This document shows positions 39,807 to 54,673 of a stretch of DNA of 64,000 nt, one piece after another. The position numbers were made by a program, and so were the translations under genes. The notes under the pieces are model-generated. The model saw nothing but the letters and a program-made list of their open reading frames with translations, was not told the origin of the DNA and ran no database searches. Where the stretch lies: assembly GCF_009914755.1 (NCBI RefSeq), contig NC_060927.1. One strand, written 5' to 3'. How positions within the stretch are numbered: the stretch's first letter is position 1; each line of letters begins with the position of its first letter. This DNA is from the human T2T-CHM13v2.0 reference genome, Homo sapiens.

Positions 39807-40218
39807 TGTGTTAGCTTATTTGCATTGCTATGAAGGAATGCCTGAGGTTGGGTAGTTTATAAAGAAAGGGGTTTATTTTGGCTCACAGTTCTGCAAGCCG
39901 TACAAGAAGCATGGCACCTGACTTTTGCTTCTGACGAGGCCTCAGGAAGCTTACTAACATGGTGGAAGGCAAAGGAAGAGCAGGTGGCATCACATGATGA
40001 GAGAGAGAGAGAGAGGAGGAAGTACAAAGCTCCTTTAAACAACCAGCTCTCCTGTGGACTAACAGTGAGAACTCACTTGTTAACAAGGGGAAGGCACGAA
40101 CCCCTGCATGAGACAGCCACTCCCATGACCCAAACACCTCCTACTAGGCCCCACCTCCAACATTGGGAATCACATTTCAACACGAGACCTGGAGGGGACA
40201 AATATCCAAACCATTTCA
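39807..40218 (-). mobile_element. MaLR solo LTR, MSTB-like
   Basis: TG...CA ends, collinear with the copy at 32578. TSD attgt/attat. Confidence 0.9.
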
Positions 40219-42599
40219 ATTATTTACCTCTAATCTCCAAAAACTACTTGAGTAGGTGCAACTGTCTCCATCTCAGGAAGATCAGATTGATAAATAGTTT
40301 GTTGTTTTATTTTCCTCTTCTGCAAAGTAACTTGATGAGGGACACACCTTTAAAGTGGCAAAGTCAGGATTGAACTCAGGACTGCCTAACTCTAAAATCT
40401 TCCCCTTTCTATATAGCACTCTGCCTCCAGGTTGGATTGGATTGAATTCCTGCTATATTCCCAGCCATGTTCCAGGCAGACTGAGTGACAAGCGACCCCT
40501 CCTTAACTTACATAAAATATTTTTTATGGCCTCCGTCAGGGAAGACAAAAAAAATTCTAGTTATCTACCACAGCAATAGCAATAGGGACTGATCAAGGGC
40601 CCAAAGGCTCCTGACATAAGACACCTTCTGTGGAGTCAGTCAGGGTGGAGAAAGCTGTGGGCTGCAGAGGTTAGGAAAGCCTTCTTAGATGAAGTCGGTC
40701 TTGAAGGACATAATGAAAGCAGAGAAAGAGGTATTCTATGTTCTACCCCTGCCTCAGTCATGGTTTTTGTCACAGGATGAGTCTGAGAGGAGGTGGGGAT
40801 CTCTGCTTCTGTTTAATGCCCAGTCCCTGGACCTGGACTTTGTCCTAAATCCTGCCTCATGACTACTGGGATGTATACACTGATTCTGAAGGTCCCACCT
40901 GGCCTGGTACAGTCCTGTTCTGCCTCTTGCTTTGACCAGATGGAAACTGCTTGCCATCAGCAGAAGTGGGTGGTATCAGGACCATGCTGGCACTACTCGG
41001 AAGAAGGCACAGGCAGGAGTGACAGAGATAGACAGGGGCTGTTTTAGAGGAAGGATGGCAATGGCTGTGTATTCTAGGAAGTTATTATTGTTGAGTTTTT
41101 GGAAAGCCAGCCTGTCTTAGGAGAATAATGGCAATAATAGCAAGCCAGACAACCCCTTGGCCTGGCCAGTACAGGGAACAGCTGCTAACAACAAAATCTG
41201 CCACTGATCTCCTAAGGGTGGTCACCTGGTTAGTGTCCATGCCTAGCACCGGCAGCCAAGCTAGTCAGTTCCAGCATCTTATGCTGCCCGGGAACCCAGC
41301 CTCTAGCCCTCCTCAGACCTGGCACATGCACGCCACATAGCATAACTCTGTGCATAGTGGATGGGGCTGGTGCCCATGGTCTTTGCCTTGTGCTTACCAC
41401 CTGAGGATGAGAAGCCAGCGTTTATGCTCCACCAAGCTCCCTGCCACAGAGGGCTTTTGCTTCACTCCCTGGAGGGAGTTTCATTGTTTCAGAAGCTGCG
41501 CTTACCCCAGAAGGGGTCTTGTCCTGAGTAGTTTCCCAAACTTGTCTCGTCCAATTAATAAAGAAAACAAAAAATAAGCAAAAAAATGGAACTGTTCAAC
41601 TGGGATAAAATGAAGCAGCAACTCCAGGACTTGAGGATTTGAACAACCTCACAGCATTCTTCCTGGCCTCAGTTGCCTCATTTGTCAGAGTCATATATTC
41701 ATTTGCGATTTGTATAAGGAGACAAGTGGGCTAGGAGGTACACATTCTTCATTAAACTTTGGCGTTCAGATGTGTGTTTGCGAAGTCCCAACTTGGCTCA
41801 TGTTGCTTCCTTCGTATTGATGCTGAGGGCAGGGCTCGTGGTTTCATTGTTAATTTCATCAGGACTAATGGAGGTATCTGCTTGAAACAAGGGATGTCCA
41901 AGGGAGGAAGCATCTGAGTGCAGAAAGGCCACTCATAGAGGGACCCTTACCCTGAGATGAGGCTCAGAGGACTGTGGGACTGTTCAGGCCCACACTGGGG
42001 CAGGCCTCTCAGTGAGAAGGCTTCGCACCACAGCTGTGAGGGGGTAGATTGTCCATGGCAAATGCTGAGAAGTTAGGCAGAGCTGGGCCGCCCTATCCAA
42101 ACCCACACCAGGTGCCAGAACACTCTTGGGTTGCATCTCCATAAATTATAGCAAAGGTCATTTGTGACTAAGTTCTGCACCTGGATTTCTGTGTTGGTTT
42201 TTCTTCTTATTTTCACATTTCTTTTCATGTGACAAGAATTATTGTCATTCTGCCTTTATCTGGAAATTCCTGCTCAAATAATGACCAGTCGGTGCTGTTG
42301 GGTCCTTTCGTGACCTGGAGAGAAACCCAGAGAAGAAGGAGGTGGCATTTTGACCTTGGTTTAGCCCATTGTGATCTAAAGTGATAAGCACCTAATTTCC
42401 TTGGACTTCAGTTTGCCCAGCTGTAAAATTAGAATAACAGCACCTGTCCTGTCCACCCCACAGGAAGTCAGAGGTGATGACCCATTTGAAAGTGCACTGG
42501 GATTTTGTAGACAATTTTAAACTCTACAAGCCTGAGTAGCAGATCAACTTGGACTTGAAGCACCTCTACTACTTACTAACATTATGTCCACTGAGTTCT

Positions 42600-42760
42600 C
42601 AGAGCCATATTTTTTCATCTGTTTGATGGGGATAATAATACCCTCATCACGACAGGGTTGTTGGCTGCTATGAATTCCAATAATGTGTCTGCAGCATCTA
42701 ACACAGTGCCTGGCATATAGAATAAAAACCTGAGATGGCAGCTGCTGTTATAATGATTAT
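42600..42760 (+). mobile_element. MIR 3' half
   Basis: 'gatggggataataataccc...aacacagtgcctggcatatag'. Confidence 0.7.
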
Positions 42761-42852
42761 AATCATAATGACAATCATCGTCATGTATCTGAGTATAAGT
42801 ATTTCTGCCAGGCAGACCTGTTTTTGTGTGCATGTGTGTGTGGTGTGAAGAG

Positions 42853-43219
42853 AGAAGTTCCGCAATCTCACAACATGCCATCTGCAAGCTGGAGAACCAG
42901 GAAAGCTAGTGGTATAATTCATCTGAGTCTGAAGGCCTGAGAACGAGGGGTCCGGGGTCTAAGGGCAGGAGAAGATGGATATCCCACCTCAGACAGACAG
43001 CAAATTAACTCTCCTTCTGCCTTTTTGTTCTTTTCAGGCTCTCAATGGATGGAAAATGCCTGTCCACATTGTTGAGAGCAGATTTTCTTTATTCAGTATA
43101 CTGATTCAAATTGCTAATTTCCTCCAGAAACACCCTCACAGATACACCCAGAAATAATGGTTTACGAGCTATCTGTACATCCCTGAGCCCAGCAAAGCTG
43201 ACACATAAAATTAACCACC
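42853..43219 (-). mobile_element. ERVL LTR, MLT2B-like (partial)
   Basis: 'catctgcaagctggagaaccaggaaagc...aaacaccctcacagatacacccagaaataatg...gacacataaaattaacca'. Confidence 0.88.
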
Positions 43220-43828
43220 ACCAGATTCTCTCTGTTGTGGAGGGATGTTTCTTTTGGCTGGGTGTGCCCAGTCCCACCTACATGTGCCAGTCAGGAAGCC
43301 TGCCTAATCAGTTGTGTAGGAACTTAGGATGCTCTGATAGCAAACTTCCAACCCTCCTTTGCCTGAAGTCTTTGAAAGAAGTGTGAAGAAAGACATGTTA
43401 TGATTCTCACTTTCCTAACCAGGGAAGGCGTGTGGAGGGTGCTGTGCTAATTAGCATGCTGTCTCACTCACAAAGTGCCTTTGTGCTGTCTGTCAGCTTC
43501 CGCTCTGTAGATACTAAACACTGTTAAGGCAAATGATATCATGACTGACAACTTAATAGATGTCTTTTGGAGTTGAATGTGCTCCCCAGTGCTCTAGACG
43601 GATAAAATTAACAGAAGCCTTCAAGATCATCATTTCCAGGCTGAGGTTTGTGAGAGAGATGCGCTAGCAAGAGCCTCCCAAATCACATGAAAAGCATCAA
43701 ACTCAGTCAAGTTGAAGATTAGGGAATTGGATGTTTGTCAACAGGAATTGCTAAAGAACTGACTTCCACAGTTATTTCTGATGACAGGTAAAAATTCTGA
43801 GGGGTGGAGACAAATATGACTCCTGTTA

Positions 43829-44227
<399 letters not shown>

Positions 44228-44369
44228 TTAAAATGCTTCCACCCATCTCTTTTTTCCTAAATATTGCTTTCAGGGCCCATAAAACCAAAAGAGCAGATTA
44301 GGCTCAAAGTGCTATTTGTACTGGAAGTTAGTGATACTGGGCTCCTCTTCACACCCCAGTCCGTGCCAC

Positions 44370-44780
44370 CTGGCATCTGGAATCCAGGTCACACTGAACT
44401 ACTTCTATTCACCCAACAGGCTGCACATTCTTCACCTCTGGGCCTTTGCATGTGACTTTTCTCCTGTCTGAAACAACTTCCCTTTCTCTGGGGCCTGGAT
44501 GCCTCCTTGTGAAGAGTTATTTCAACTCATATCTTTTGTGAAAGAGGCTCTCACCTCTGATTTCCCCCAGAGGACCATTTCCTATCCTCACGCCCCTGTG
44601 GGCCCTTATGTACTCATTGGTAGTTTTACCACCTTGGAATAGTTTGATTAACGGATTATTCCCCATACTGTGATTTCTTTTAAATCAGAGGACATGTCTT
44701 AACAAAATCCTCTGTAAATGGCCTTTTAGCACAACACCTGACCTATGGTGTCACTGTGGTAAATATTTATCCAATGACTA
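44370..44780 (+). mobile_element. L2 3' fragment
   Basis: 'ggcctttgcatgtgacttt...tagcacaacacctgac...ggtaaatatttatccaatga'. Confidence 0.6.
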
Positions 44781-45049
44781 CAGATAGCTGTAGATAGGAA
44801 AGATGGGTGAGTGGCTAGAGCTCAGGCTATGTCTTCAGAGAGTTCTGATTTCAAACTCCTTCTCTGGCCCATAGGAGTGAAGGAGCCCCAGGGAAATCCA
44901 TAACATCTTTGAGCCTGGTATAGCCTGATCTGTATAAAGAAGAACATGATTCCTAGAGGCATAAAGTTTCTGGGGGAAATGAATGACACAGGTCAAGCAC
45001 TCCGCCCGGCACACATGGGCACTGTAGAGCAGTTGCTGAAAGGTCCATA

Positions 45050-45150
45050 GCTTCTGAAGGAAGTTATTGAGAGAAGTTCTCCAAACAGTTTCAGCAAGGC
45101 TGAATCATTGGAATAAGAAGATTCCCAAGGGATTACTTAGAAGAAATTTC
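45050..45150 (+). mobile_element. Mariner-type fossil (MARNA-like)
   Basis: 'cagcaaggctgaatcattggaataagaagattcccaagggattacttagaag' resembles the mariner transposase C-terminal coding region. Confidence 0.5.
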
Positions 45151-45899
45151 TCTTGACCATCTCGGCAGACACTGGTGTGTGGTGGGAAATTAAGCTTTGC
45201 TTTCTACTAGCCAAGGCTTGTTGTGCTTAAGCAGCACCTCTGCCCAGGGCTGCTCCTGCACCCTGACCGAGACCCCTGGTGGCAAATTGTAACATATTTC
45301 CAGCTTTTTCTGCATGCTCTCCTCAGCCTTCTGCAATTTAACAAGTTCCAGGCAAGATTCCAATGCCTCTTCCAAGCACAGGAGGGTTTCTTGGGTTCAA
45401 AAAATATTCTTGGAGCCAGCAGAGTGATCTTTCCAACACATCCCACCCATGTGGGACAGATGGCATTATAGAACATTGTGTCTGATGAAAATCATTGTCT
45501 ATGAGTGAGACTGCCTGGCCTCTGTGATGGCCTGCCATTTCAAAAACACTTTTCCACAAGAAGCCTACCTTGTTTCTGGGAGTTAGTTGGATGGACTTGG
45601 ACATGGGGTCATAAAATGCTTGGAGCCACAGTGAAGACTCCGGGAAAACCTTTCCCAAGACATCCTGAGCCCACCTGTCACCCTCTGGTGAGGTATAATT
45701 TCCTATGGCCCTGCTCGTTTAGAAAGCCTGGTGTAAAAAATGTGTATGAAGGAGCACAGAATTCATTACAGTAGTGAAAATAAATAAAACTGGAAAAAAG
45801 TGGAATTTAATAAGTTCAACTAAGCATATAATAACTTATAATAGCTGGGAGGCCCAAAAGTTGCTGAACACACAATAAGGGAGGAGGAATTTAACTGTA

Positions 45900-46250
45900 G
45901 TTAAAATGCAGTGTGCAACACAGGTTGTTTTTCTTAGGAAAAGGATATTGTAGAACTAGCAAAAGCTCAGCAAAGCATTGTTGGTTGGTTGCTGAAAAGC
46001 AGGCTAGGTAGCTCAGACAAAGCAAAAGAGAGAATGGGAAGTGAGATGAAAGGGTTTTGTGGAGGAGTCTGTACTGTAGAAACAAATGGGAAGTCCTTCT
46101 GTCCTCAAAGCCTACTCGAGGATTTGCTAAATAAAGCAGGTAGGTAATTCAGAGGAAGCTCATCTTGGGTGCAAGAAAAATTTGAAAGAAGTTGTATTGC
46201 ACTTAAAAAGTGATAAAAATGATCTAGTACATACTAGCAACACAAAGAAG
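45900..46250 (+). mobile_element. Possible L3/CR1 fragment
   Basis: 'aggaaaaggatattgtagaactagcaaaagctcagcaaagca' resembles the CR1 KKDIxxLERVQRRA coding stretch. Confidence 0.3.
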
Positions 46251-46619
46251 AAAAGATCTTAGTCCAAAAGAGTAATGGTGCTGGGAATAAAAGTTTTCAT
46301 GTGCCTAGGATGGCCAAGTGCAGGAGACATTTCTGGTCATTTGGGATATTCATGTCAGTCCAGAACCAGAGACTTTAGTCACCATGCCACCATCCCCTCC
46401 TTCCTCCTGCACCACCTCCTCTAATCCCTCCAGCAACAGGGTTGCCTGGGAACACAGCCCTGTTTACAGGATAAGTTTCCAGTCATCCATGCATTTATTC
46501 TTCAACCCTTATTTAGTATCTATTCAGCACTAAGCTCTGTTTCAAACACTGGATATACAGAGACAATACAACCAGCTGGCACCATGAAAGGAACATGTTG
46601 ACTGTCAATCTGTTGAACA

Positions 46620-46680
46620 AATTAATGATTGAATGAGTGAATGAATAAATGGATGGATGAATGGATGAGTGAATGGATGT
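46620..46680. repeat. (TGAA/TGGA)n simple repeat, likely an L2 tail
   Basis: Direct reading. Confidence 0.85.
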
Positions 46681-47083
46681 AGACACTCCCCTTCCCTAGC
46701 AGAGGTCACAGTCCAATAGATAGTAACAAGGAAATACAAGACTACTTCCGTGCATTTAGGTAAATGTCTGTACAGAACCCAGTGGGTCCTCTGAGGTGTG
46801 GACTACTCACCCTAGGAAATCAGGAAGAGCATCCCAGTGGAGACTGGAAGAACCCCTGAGGTTGAGGCTTCAAAGATGACCTTCTTGCTTTATGCCCACC
46901 TTGTTTCTTTTCTCTAGCTTCAAATGCAGGCCCCATCCTTGAAGGAGCCTTGCTTTCGGGAATGTCAGCTTCTCTGTTAAATCCTTAGCTCAACTGCTTA
47001 CACAGTTTTCCATAGTGCCAGCCCTGGCATCTGTCCCCTATGATTGACCCACACTCCTATGGACATGACAGGGTTTCCTGCAA

Positions 47084-47185
47084 CATGGCAAGTAGGTGTC
47101 TTGATTAAACTACCTATTTGTAGCATGGGGCAGAGAGGAGAGTGAGGATTGCTCAGTGGTTTTGAGGGCAGCTGAAAAAAAATGA
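47084..47185. repeat. ~100-bp dispersed direct repeat, copy 1
   Basis: Aligns to 49520-49621 and includes the 23-nt exact match gagaggagagtgaggattgctca. Confidence 0.9.
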
Positions 47186-49003
47186 TTTTCATTGAACAAT
47201 GAATATTAATTGAGAATTAGGGTGGTGGGGTAGATCTAAGAGTATAGGCATGCTTCCAACACAGTACTGAGTGCTTTCTCTGCACCAGACTAGATCCCGG
47301 GATTACAGAAATGATTTGCACAGTATTCTACCCTCAGGGAGCTCTAGTTTTTCATCCTTCCCTCCTCGCAACCCCTAACACAAAGTATTGACTGTGTGCT
47401 GGCCATTGCTATAGTGCATTACACACTTTTTAGTCCATTTAATCTGCATTGTGGCCATATGAGGAGGTACTACTACCCTTGTCATTTTTTAGAGAATGTC
47501 ACTGAGGTCAGATAACTTGCCTGAATTCATCTTGTATGAGTAGCTACCTATTTGCCCTTGAAGGTAAAACCAGGGGGGATGCGGATGTAGCTCATTTTTG
47601 ATAGTCTGCGACTTATAAAGAGGATCACAGTAAAAACTAAATGGCTGAAATGGAAAGGGTGGAAAGGGCAGGATTAAAGTAGGGATGGAGGGCTTGCCCT
47701 ACTGTTCACGCAATTGCTCCCCACCACCTGCTACAGCCCCTTAGCTACCTCTGTAGGACCTCAAGGCTGCCTGGAACTTTGTGGGGACCTTAGAGGATCC
47801 TCTCACTCTCCAGCTGGAGGCTGGGTGAGGAAGGTAAAAACATTGAGTGCTGTCATCAGGCACCAAGGAGAGCTCAGAGAACTCTCAGCTGGAGAGATGG
47901 GGGTGGACCTCCCCTTTCTCCCTAAAGCCCTTAATTGCTAATGACATTGAGTGGGATTTGTTAAAGCAGTTCTTTATGTTCAACCATTTTTTTGTTCGAA
48001 GTCATTACTCACTGTGGTTAGTTTGGATGTTTGAGACAGCCCAGCCTGGCATATTCCCTATCATGGCACTTTATAAATGTTCATGCTGATTAGAACTTTT
48101 ATTTTTCATAATGACCCACTAATGTAATGATAATGCAAGTAATAGTCCATATCTAATAGCTTCTTGTCCAAGGGCTGAGGAAATTCACTTAATGTGTTTA
48201 GTGCCAAACTCCTAAAAGAAACCTATTTAGGCTGCTGCATTCACTTATGCATTTTTATGAATCTCTGGGTAATAAACGGGAATGGCTCCTCTGGAAAGTT
48301 GGGAGAAAAGGAAGAAGTGCAGGTCATTTATGGTAACATTTTTATTGTCGATATGCCATTAGAGCTGCTAAGAAAGCCTCAAGTTCTAGGTCAGCTTCAG
48401 GATGAGGAGTCCCTGAGCAGGAAGCTGAGACTATTGCAAAACTTGGGACTGTTTCAGATGCAATGGCACTGGGACTCCAGACTTCTTGGTGGCTTACAAA
48501 CAGGCCATGAATGCAGCTGGTTGTTAGTAGGCAGTGGTTTACTATGGGGGAGAGGCCAGAGTGTTTTCCTTCAAGCCAGAGAGCGGAGGTCCTTGAGCCT
48601 GCTGGGCAATCCTAAAAGACCAAAACTTCCTCTTCAGGGAGCTGTACTGAGCAATATGGAGAAGCTCACCTGCCTTGCACACCACTGAACTCTTTTCATT
48701 CTGAGAACTTCACCCCCTTAGAAATGTCCATTCCTGGCTGTCCCTTCTCCCCATCCGTGCCCTCTTGTGTGTGTTTTCAAAACCTGCTCTCAGTAACTCC
48801 TTGAGAGTGAACAAGTATATCTCAAGTATCTACTCCTACAGGGGTGTCAGCATGGTAAGCAGAAACTTTAACTGTGCAATGATAAAGCTTGGGTGCAGGT
48901 AAATGGATGTCAGATAACAGGCTGGAACCGTTTGGTCCAAAGAAACTCTGTCACTGAAATCACCTTGTAGATAGAGATGGAAGCCTTCCTCTTCACCCAT
49001 GAG

Positions 49004-49483
<480 letters not shown>

Positions 49484-49519
49484 TTCACAAATCCTAGCTC
49501 TGGTATCATGTCTTGGGTT

Positions 49520-49621
49520 CGTGACAAGTAGGTATCTTTGTTAAACTACCTACTTGTATCATGGGGCAGGGAGAGGAGAGTGAGGATTGCTCATGATTTT
49601 TCGGACAGCTGGAAAAAATGA
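49520..49621. repeat. ~100-bp dispersed direct repeat, copy 2
   Basis: Aligns to 47084-47185. Confidence 0.9.
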
Positions 49622-49849
49622 ATGTGGCCTAGGATGAGGCATCACCCTTCAGTGAAGATAGAGGTGAATATACATGTTTGTGGCATATTCTACTCATGCC
49701 CCATATTCACCTGAGAATGCACTACTACTTCCTTTTGTCATCCTAGTTACTTTAAGTAAGCATAGGCACTTGTGGTCTATTGTGTGCCCAGGCATTGCTA
49801 GGTGAAGGGACACAGTGAGTCCCAATCTACCTGCTTGGAAGGAATGAGC

Positions 49850-50005
49850 GTTGCACAGTGATAGAAGCATATGCTGTGGAATCAGAAATGAGTTCAAATC
49901 CAGCTTTAGGGCTTTGGTCAGTGCAACTCTCACCAAGTCTCAGTTTCTCATTTTTAAAATGGAAATGACATCTACATCATTGGATTGTTGTGAGTTTTCA
50001 AAGTA
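49850..50005 (+). mobile_element. MIR
   Basis: 'gagttcaaatccagct...tctcagtttctcatttttaaaatgg...ggattgttgtgag'. Confidence 0.7.
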
Positions 50006-50009
50006 TATG

Positions 50010-50449
50010 GTAAACCCAGCAATGTGCCACCCAGCTCTCCCTTCACTAAAGTATTAGTTGTCCCAGATACTGGGAGAACTGTTGGCAGAAACAGTTTTTA
50101 ATTGTCAACCCTCTCAGGCATTGCATCAGCTCAGAGAAGTACTTTACCCAAAATTAAACTTCCTGGGGTGGCCCTTATTCAGTGACTGATAAATGCAAGA
50201 ATATAAAGGCCCATCCATCTTAGCCCAACTCAAGACAACCGGGAAAGGGCCATTCAAACTCTAGAGCATCCAGAGGTGTGTTGAGGCTGCCATTGGGCTG
50301 TATCACAGCTCCACTTCTTTCTCTGCCCTTGCTGCTTTTTTTTCTTCTCTTTCACTGATATTGATCCCAAGGGGACACCTAAATAAAGATCCTGCACACC
50401 AAATTCTGTCTTAGAGTCTGCTTCCCAGGGAACCCACCCTGCCATAACA
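50010..50449 (+). mobile_element. ERVL solo LTR, LTR16A-like
   Basis: 'tataaaggccc...gcccaactcaagacaac', then 'aataaagatcctgcacaccaaattctgtcttagagtctgcttcccagggaaccc'. Confidence 0.85.
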
Positions 50450-51879
50450 TGGTGCAATTCCCAGTACATAAGATAGGTGCTCAGCCCATATAAAATATTA
50501 ATATTAATAATAAAAAGCAACAGGAAAGTCAAAATTGATCTAATTTTATATGGCACCTCCTGCACCTTGTTCTTAGAAGGGCTCCTTATGGTTTTATCAC
50601 TGATGTTGGATTGTGATCTTCACAATGGAAGGCCTGTACCTGCCCTGTACCTTCTTGGTGGCTGACATGGGTCTGAAAACACAGCAGGTACTTGATAAAT
50701 GGTTGGGCAGTGCTTAGCTACTTGGCCTCAGAAGAACAGATGGAACAATAAGATCCTTTTGGACAAGTAGTTTGCAAATATAAACAGCTTCAGGAAGGTT
50801 TGCTTTTGAGCTTCTGCACAAGAGATAAGTGAGTGGTTGTCACAGGAAAATTAGTGGTTCGGGGATACCTTTGACCTATGGAGGAAGGTCACTTAGGAAG
50901 AGTGTAATCCCTTAAGACCTCTGGGAATAGTGGGAGAGAAGCTCTGAGCTAAAGGAAGGGGTGAAGACAGAGCAGGGAATACCCATAACACCTCAGGTAG
51001 CTCAAGGTGTCAGAAAAGATTAGGCAATAAGTGGGAATTACAGACAAGCAGAGATTGCAAAATGAACAGCCTGTGAACCAGGCTAAGAAGTGGGATCTTT
51101 ATACACGGGGTGACGGGAGTTGCTGGAAGGGTGTAATCAGGGAGGTGGCTTGATCTGGTCTGTGTTTTAAAGAGGCCGTGCTTCCTGCTGTCGGGAGGAT
51201 GCCTTGGAGGGTACGACATGGGAAGACAATCAAAGGCACTCACCTATCTCTTGTGTATAAGCTTATAAGCAAATCCTCCTGAAGCTATTTATGTCTATAA
51301 ATGACTTGTCCAAAAAGTGGTATATTGCTCTGTCTGATCTAAAGCCAAATAGCTAAGTGTCCCTAAGCATTTGTCAGACACCTACTGTGCTGCCAGCCCC
51401 ACTTGTCCCAAGACAATCATGGGGACTTGGCCTAAGCAGTGGGGGTAGAAAGCTGATTCAGAGAAGATACATTCTTATAAGGAGCAATATACAGATGTGC
51501 TGAGAGATGAGCTGACTGATGGAAGAAGGGAGGAGTCTAGGTGGATATCCAGGCTTTTCACCATCTTTTGCTTCTCCGCCCACTCAGATTATAATTTAAG
51601 ACCCAGCTCTGGCCCAGCCCCTGGCTCCTGAAAGCCTGTAAAGATGAATTCATCCTTGACCTCCCCTTCCTCTGAAGTTTCTACAAAATTACATCTGTTA
51701 GATTAGCTATTAATTAATGTATTATTACTAAAAATTAATGTATTTTATTAATTCATACACTAATAAATTACAAAGAGCCCTGAATCATGTTCTAATGTCC
51801 TTGGGAGCTTTTCCAGGCAGAGCCACCCCTTGTCTCTCTTGTCTCACACACTAGATCATCTCTTTATGATTCTTTCTCA

Positions 51880-52190
51880 GATGGACCAGTGACTTTTTCT
51901 CTCCTTTCTCGTTTCCCATGCTGTTCTCTCTTCCTGGAACATTCTTCAATCCCTCTCAGTTCACCTGTCATTTTTGAAGGGTGGTCCCTCTAATATTCCC
52001 AATTAGGTCACTTCCCCTTGACATATATTCTTAGGGGATCCTGTACTTCTTCACAATTATCCCAATTATAATTATGTAATTACTTAGTATAATTGGGCAA
52101 TTATTAGTATAACTATTAATGCTGACCCTCCAATACCTGGCATAGTCCCACCAAACCCAATAGTTAGTAAATAAATATTTGTTGTATGAA
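51880..52190 (+). mobile_element. L2 3' fragment
   Basis: 'catgctgttctctcttcctggaac...cctggcatagt...aataaatatttgttgtatgaa'. Confidence 0.6.
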
Positions 52191-54049
52191 ATTGCTGCTG
52201 TGGACTACACTGTATACATGGGCAATTGGTGCTCACGTTCTATTAGTGCAGTCTCATTTGTGGGTAGGAGCTGTTTTGGAAGTGATTTCCAGTGGGAATA
52301 AAGCTACTGCTTTCCTTAACCCCTATCTCAGGATTAAGTATAAGGTTTATAATTTCTGCTTTACAGGTACTCCCCTTTCCTTCTGCTGTAGGAAATACCA
52401 TTTTTCCTGCTCCATGCTTAGTGGAGTTAGAGATAATCTACATACCCAAGACACAAATGCTTCATAATCCAATAAATCCTTAACCTGCTGTGTGCAAGCC
52501 CTGAGGACAGGCCCTGGAGCCAAAGTCTTTTCTTACATGCACTAAATTTAACTCAAACATTCCTAATGGAATCCCGACTGGAGCCTCATTGGCTGTGGAG
52601 CTTGGGTGCCTTCCTGGTTTATGTGGTGTCACAGGTTGGTGTGCGAACATTTTGGAACTGAGTACCAGGGCACAGTGTGGGACTTGTTAAACTCCAGTGG
52701 AGAAAAGGGGTTGAGGTTTTGACTTCCACTGTTGAGAGAGGGGTCCTGGTACATGTCCCCTGCACAGCCTCTCTCAGCTCCCTTGTGAGTTCTATAGCTT
52801 GTGTAGCCAGGGGCTGCTTTATAAAGATGTAGGAGTGGAGGAACAAGTACACCCGTTGGCACTGGTAATATAAGGGGCTGCCAGGCAATTAAAAAAGCAA
52901 ATTGTCCTACACGAAAACATGAGCATGCTCTCCTATTGAGTGTGTAACTCTTCAAGGCTGGAGCCACCTCCTTGCAGTGAGAATTTGGCGGGAGCTGTGG
53001 CTTGGGCATTCTGCCCAGCAGCAGTGCAGAGCAGGGCTTCCCCTCCAGTTCTGGGGCAGGCCCTGCTCACTCTTCTCCACCAGCTAGGGCAGCCAGTGAT
53101 GCTGAAAGAGCTATGAAGCCTGGGTGCACCTGTGTGTATGTTGTAGACAGTGGGGGACGGGGTGGTGAAGTGTTGTTAAAAAGGAAATCAAGGCACAAGG
53201 GGCCGTTCTCAAATTGTTACCTCACCTCTGAATTCCTTCTTTGAAAGCTTCATCCCTTTTGAGGGTAAAGGGCCTTGGGACTTCTCAAATTCTCTTTGCA
53301 CAATAATGAGAGCCTTGATGTGGGGAATGTCTGAGCTTGCTCCACCTCAGGCCTTGGGGTAATGGGAAGAGGAAACAGAGGGCTGTGAAGGCAGCCATGG
53401 GAGGTGAGAGAGAACACTGGTGGGAGTGGAGCTTCCAGAGGGAGCACAGCTGAGTCAGGAAGGGGATCTACAAGAAGAGAGCTCATGTCTGAAGCTTTTC
53501 TGATCTCACTGACAGCCATGATGGATGCTAGCTCATTCACTGACTCAGCATATATTTATTGATAGCTGCCATTTCCGGGCACTGTCTAAGCTCCAGAGAA
53601 ATAGTGGTGCACAAAAGGGACAAGGTGTTTGCTCTCAGGACTTGGATTCCCAAGGGGCAAGGATAGATGACAAAATAGTCAAGACTTACAAAGCTTAATT
53701 TTAGGTGTGATCATTGTGATGAAAATAATAAAATTTTGAGAGGATCAGTTGTGGGGCAGATGGAGGATCCTTCAGATGGGGTCTTCAAGAAGGGGTTATC
53801 AGAGGTCTGAGTGGAGAGTGAATGATAATAAGGAGCCAGTCATGTGATGGGGAAAAGTATTTCTGGCCTTCTGGTTGGGGGAACATCTAGTGCAGATACT
53901 CCAAGGAAGGCCTGAGCTTGGTGAATTTGTGGAATAAAAAAGAAGCCAGTGTGACTGGGGGTGAGGGAAGGTGGTAGGAGATGAGTTAGGAGTGGGTATA
54001 ATAAACCATGAGAAGTACTTTGGACTTTATTCTAAGTGTGGTGGGCAGC

Positions 54050-54673
<624 letters not shown>

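Noticed and set aside
32578-40218. Two MSTB LTRs as the ends of one provirus
   Set aside because: The second LTR has its own TSD, and the intervening DNA holds older MIR/L2/MER5 elements rather than MaLR internal sequence. The LTR33 pair likewise encloses an older L2 and MIR.
48194-48688. 164-aa ORF in unique sequence
   Set aside because: It has a GTG start, no motif and no supporting splice structure, consistent with chance.
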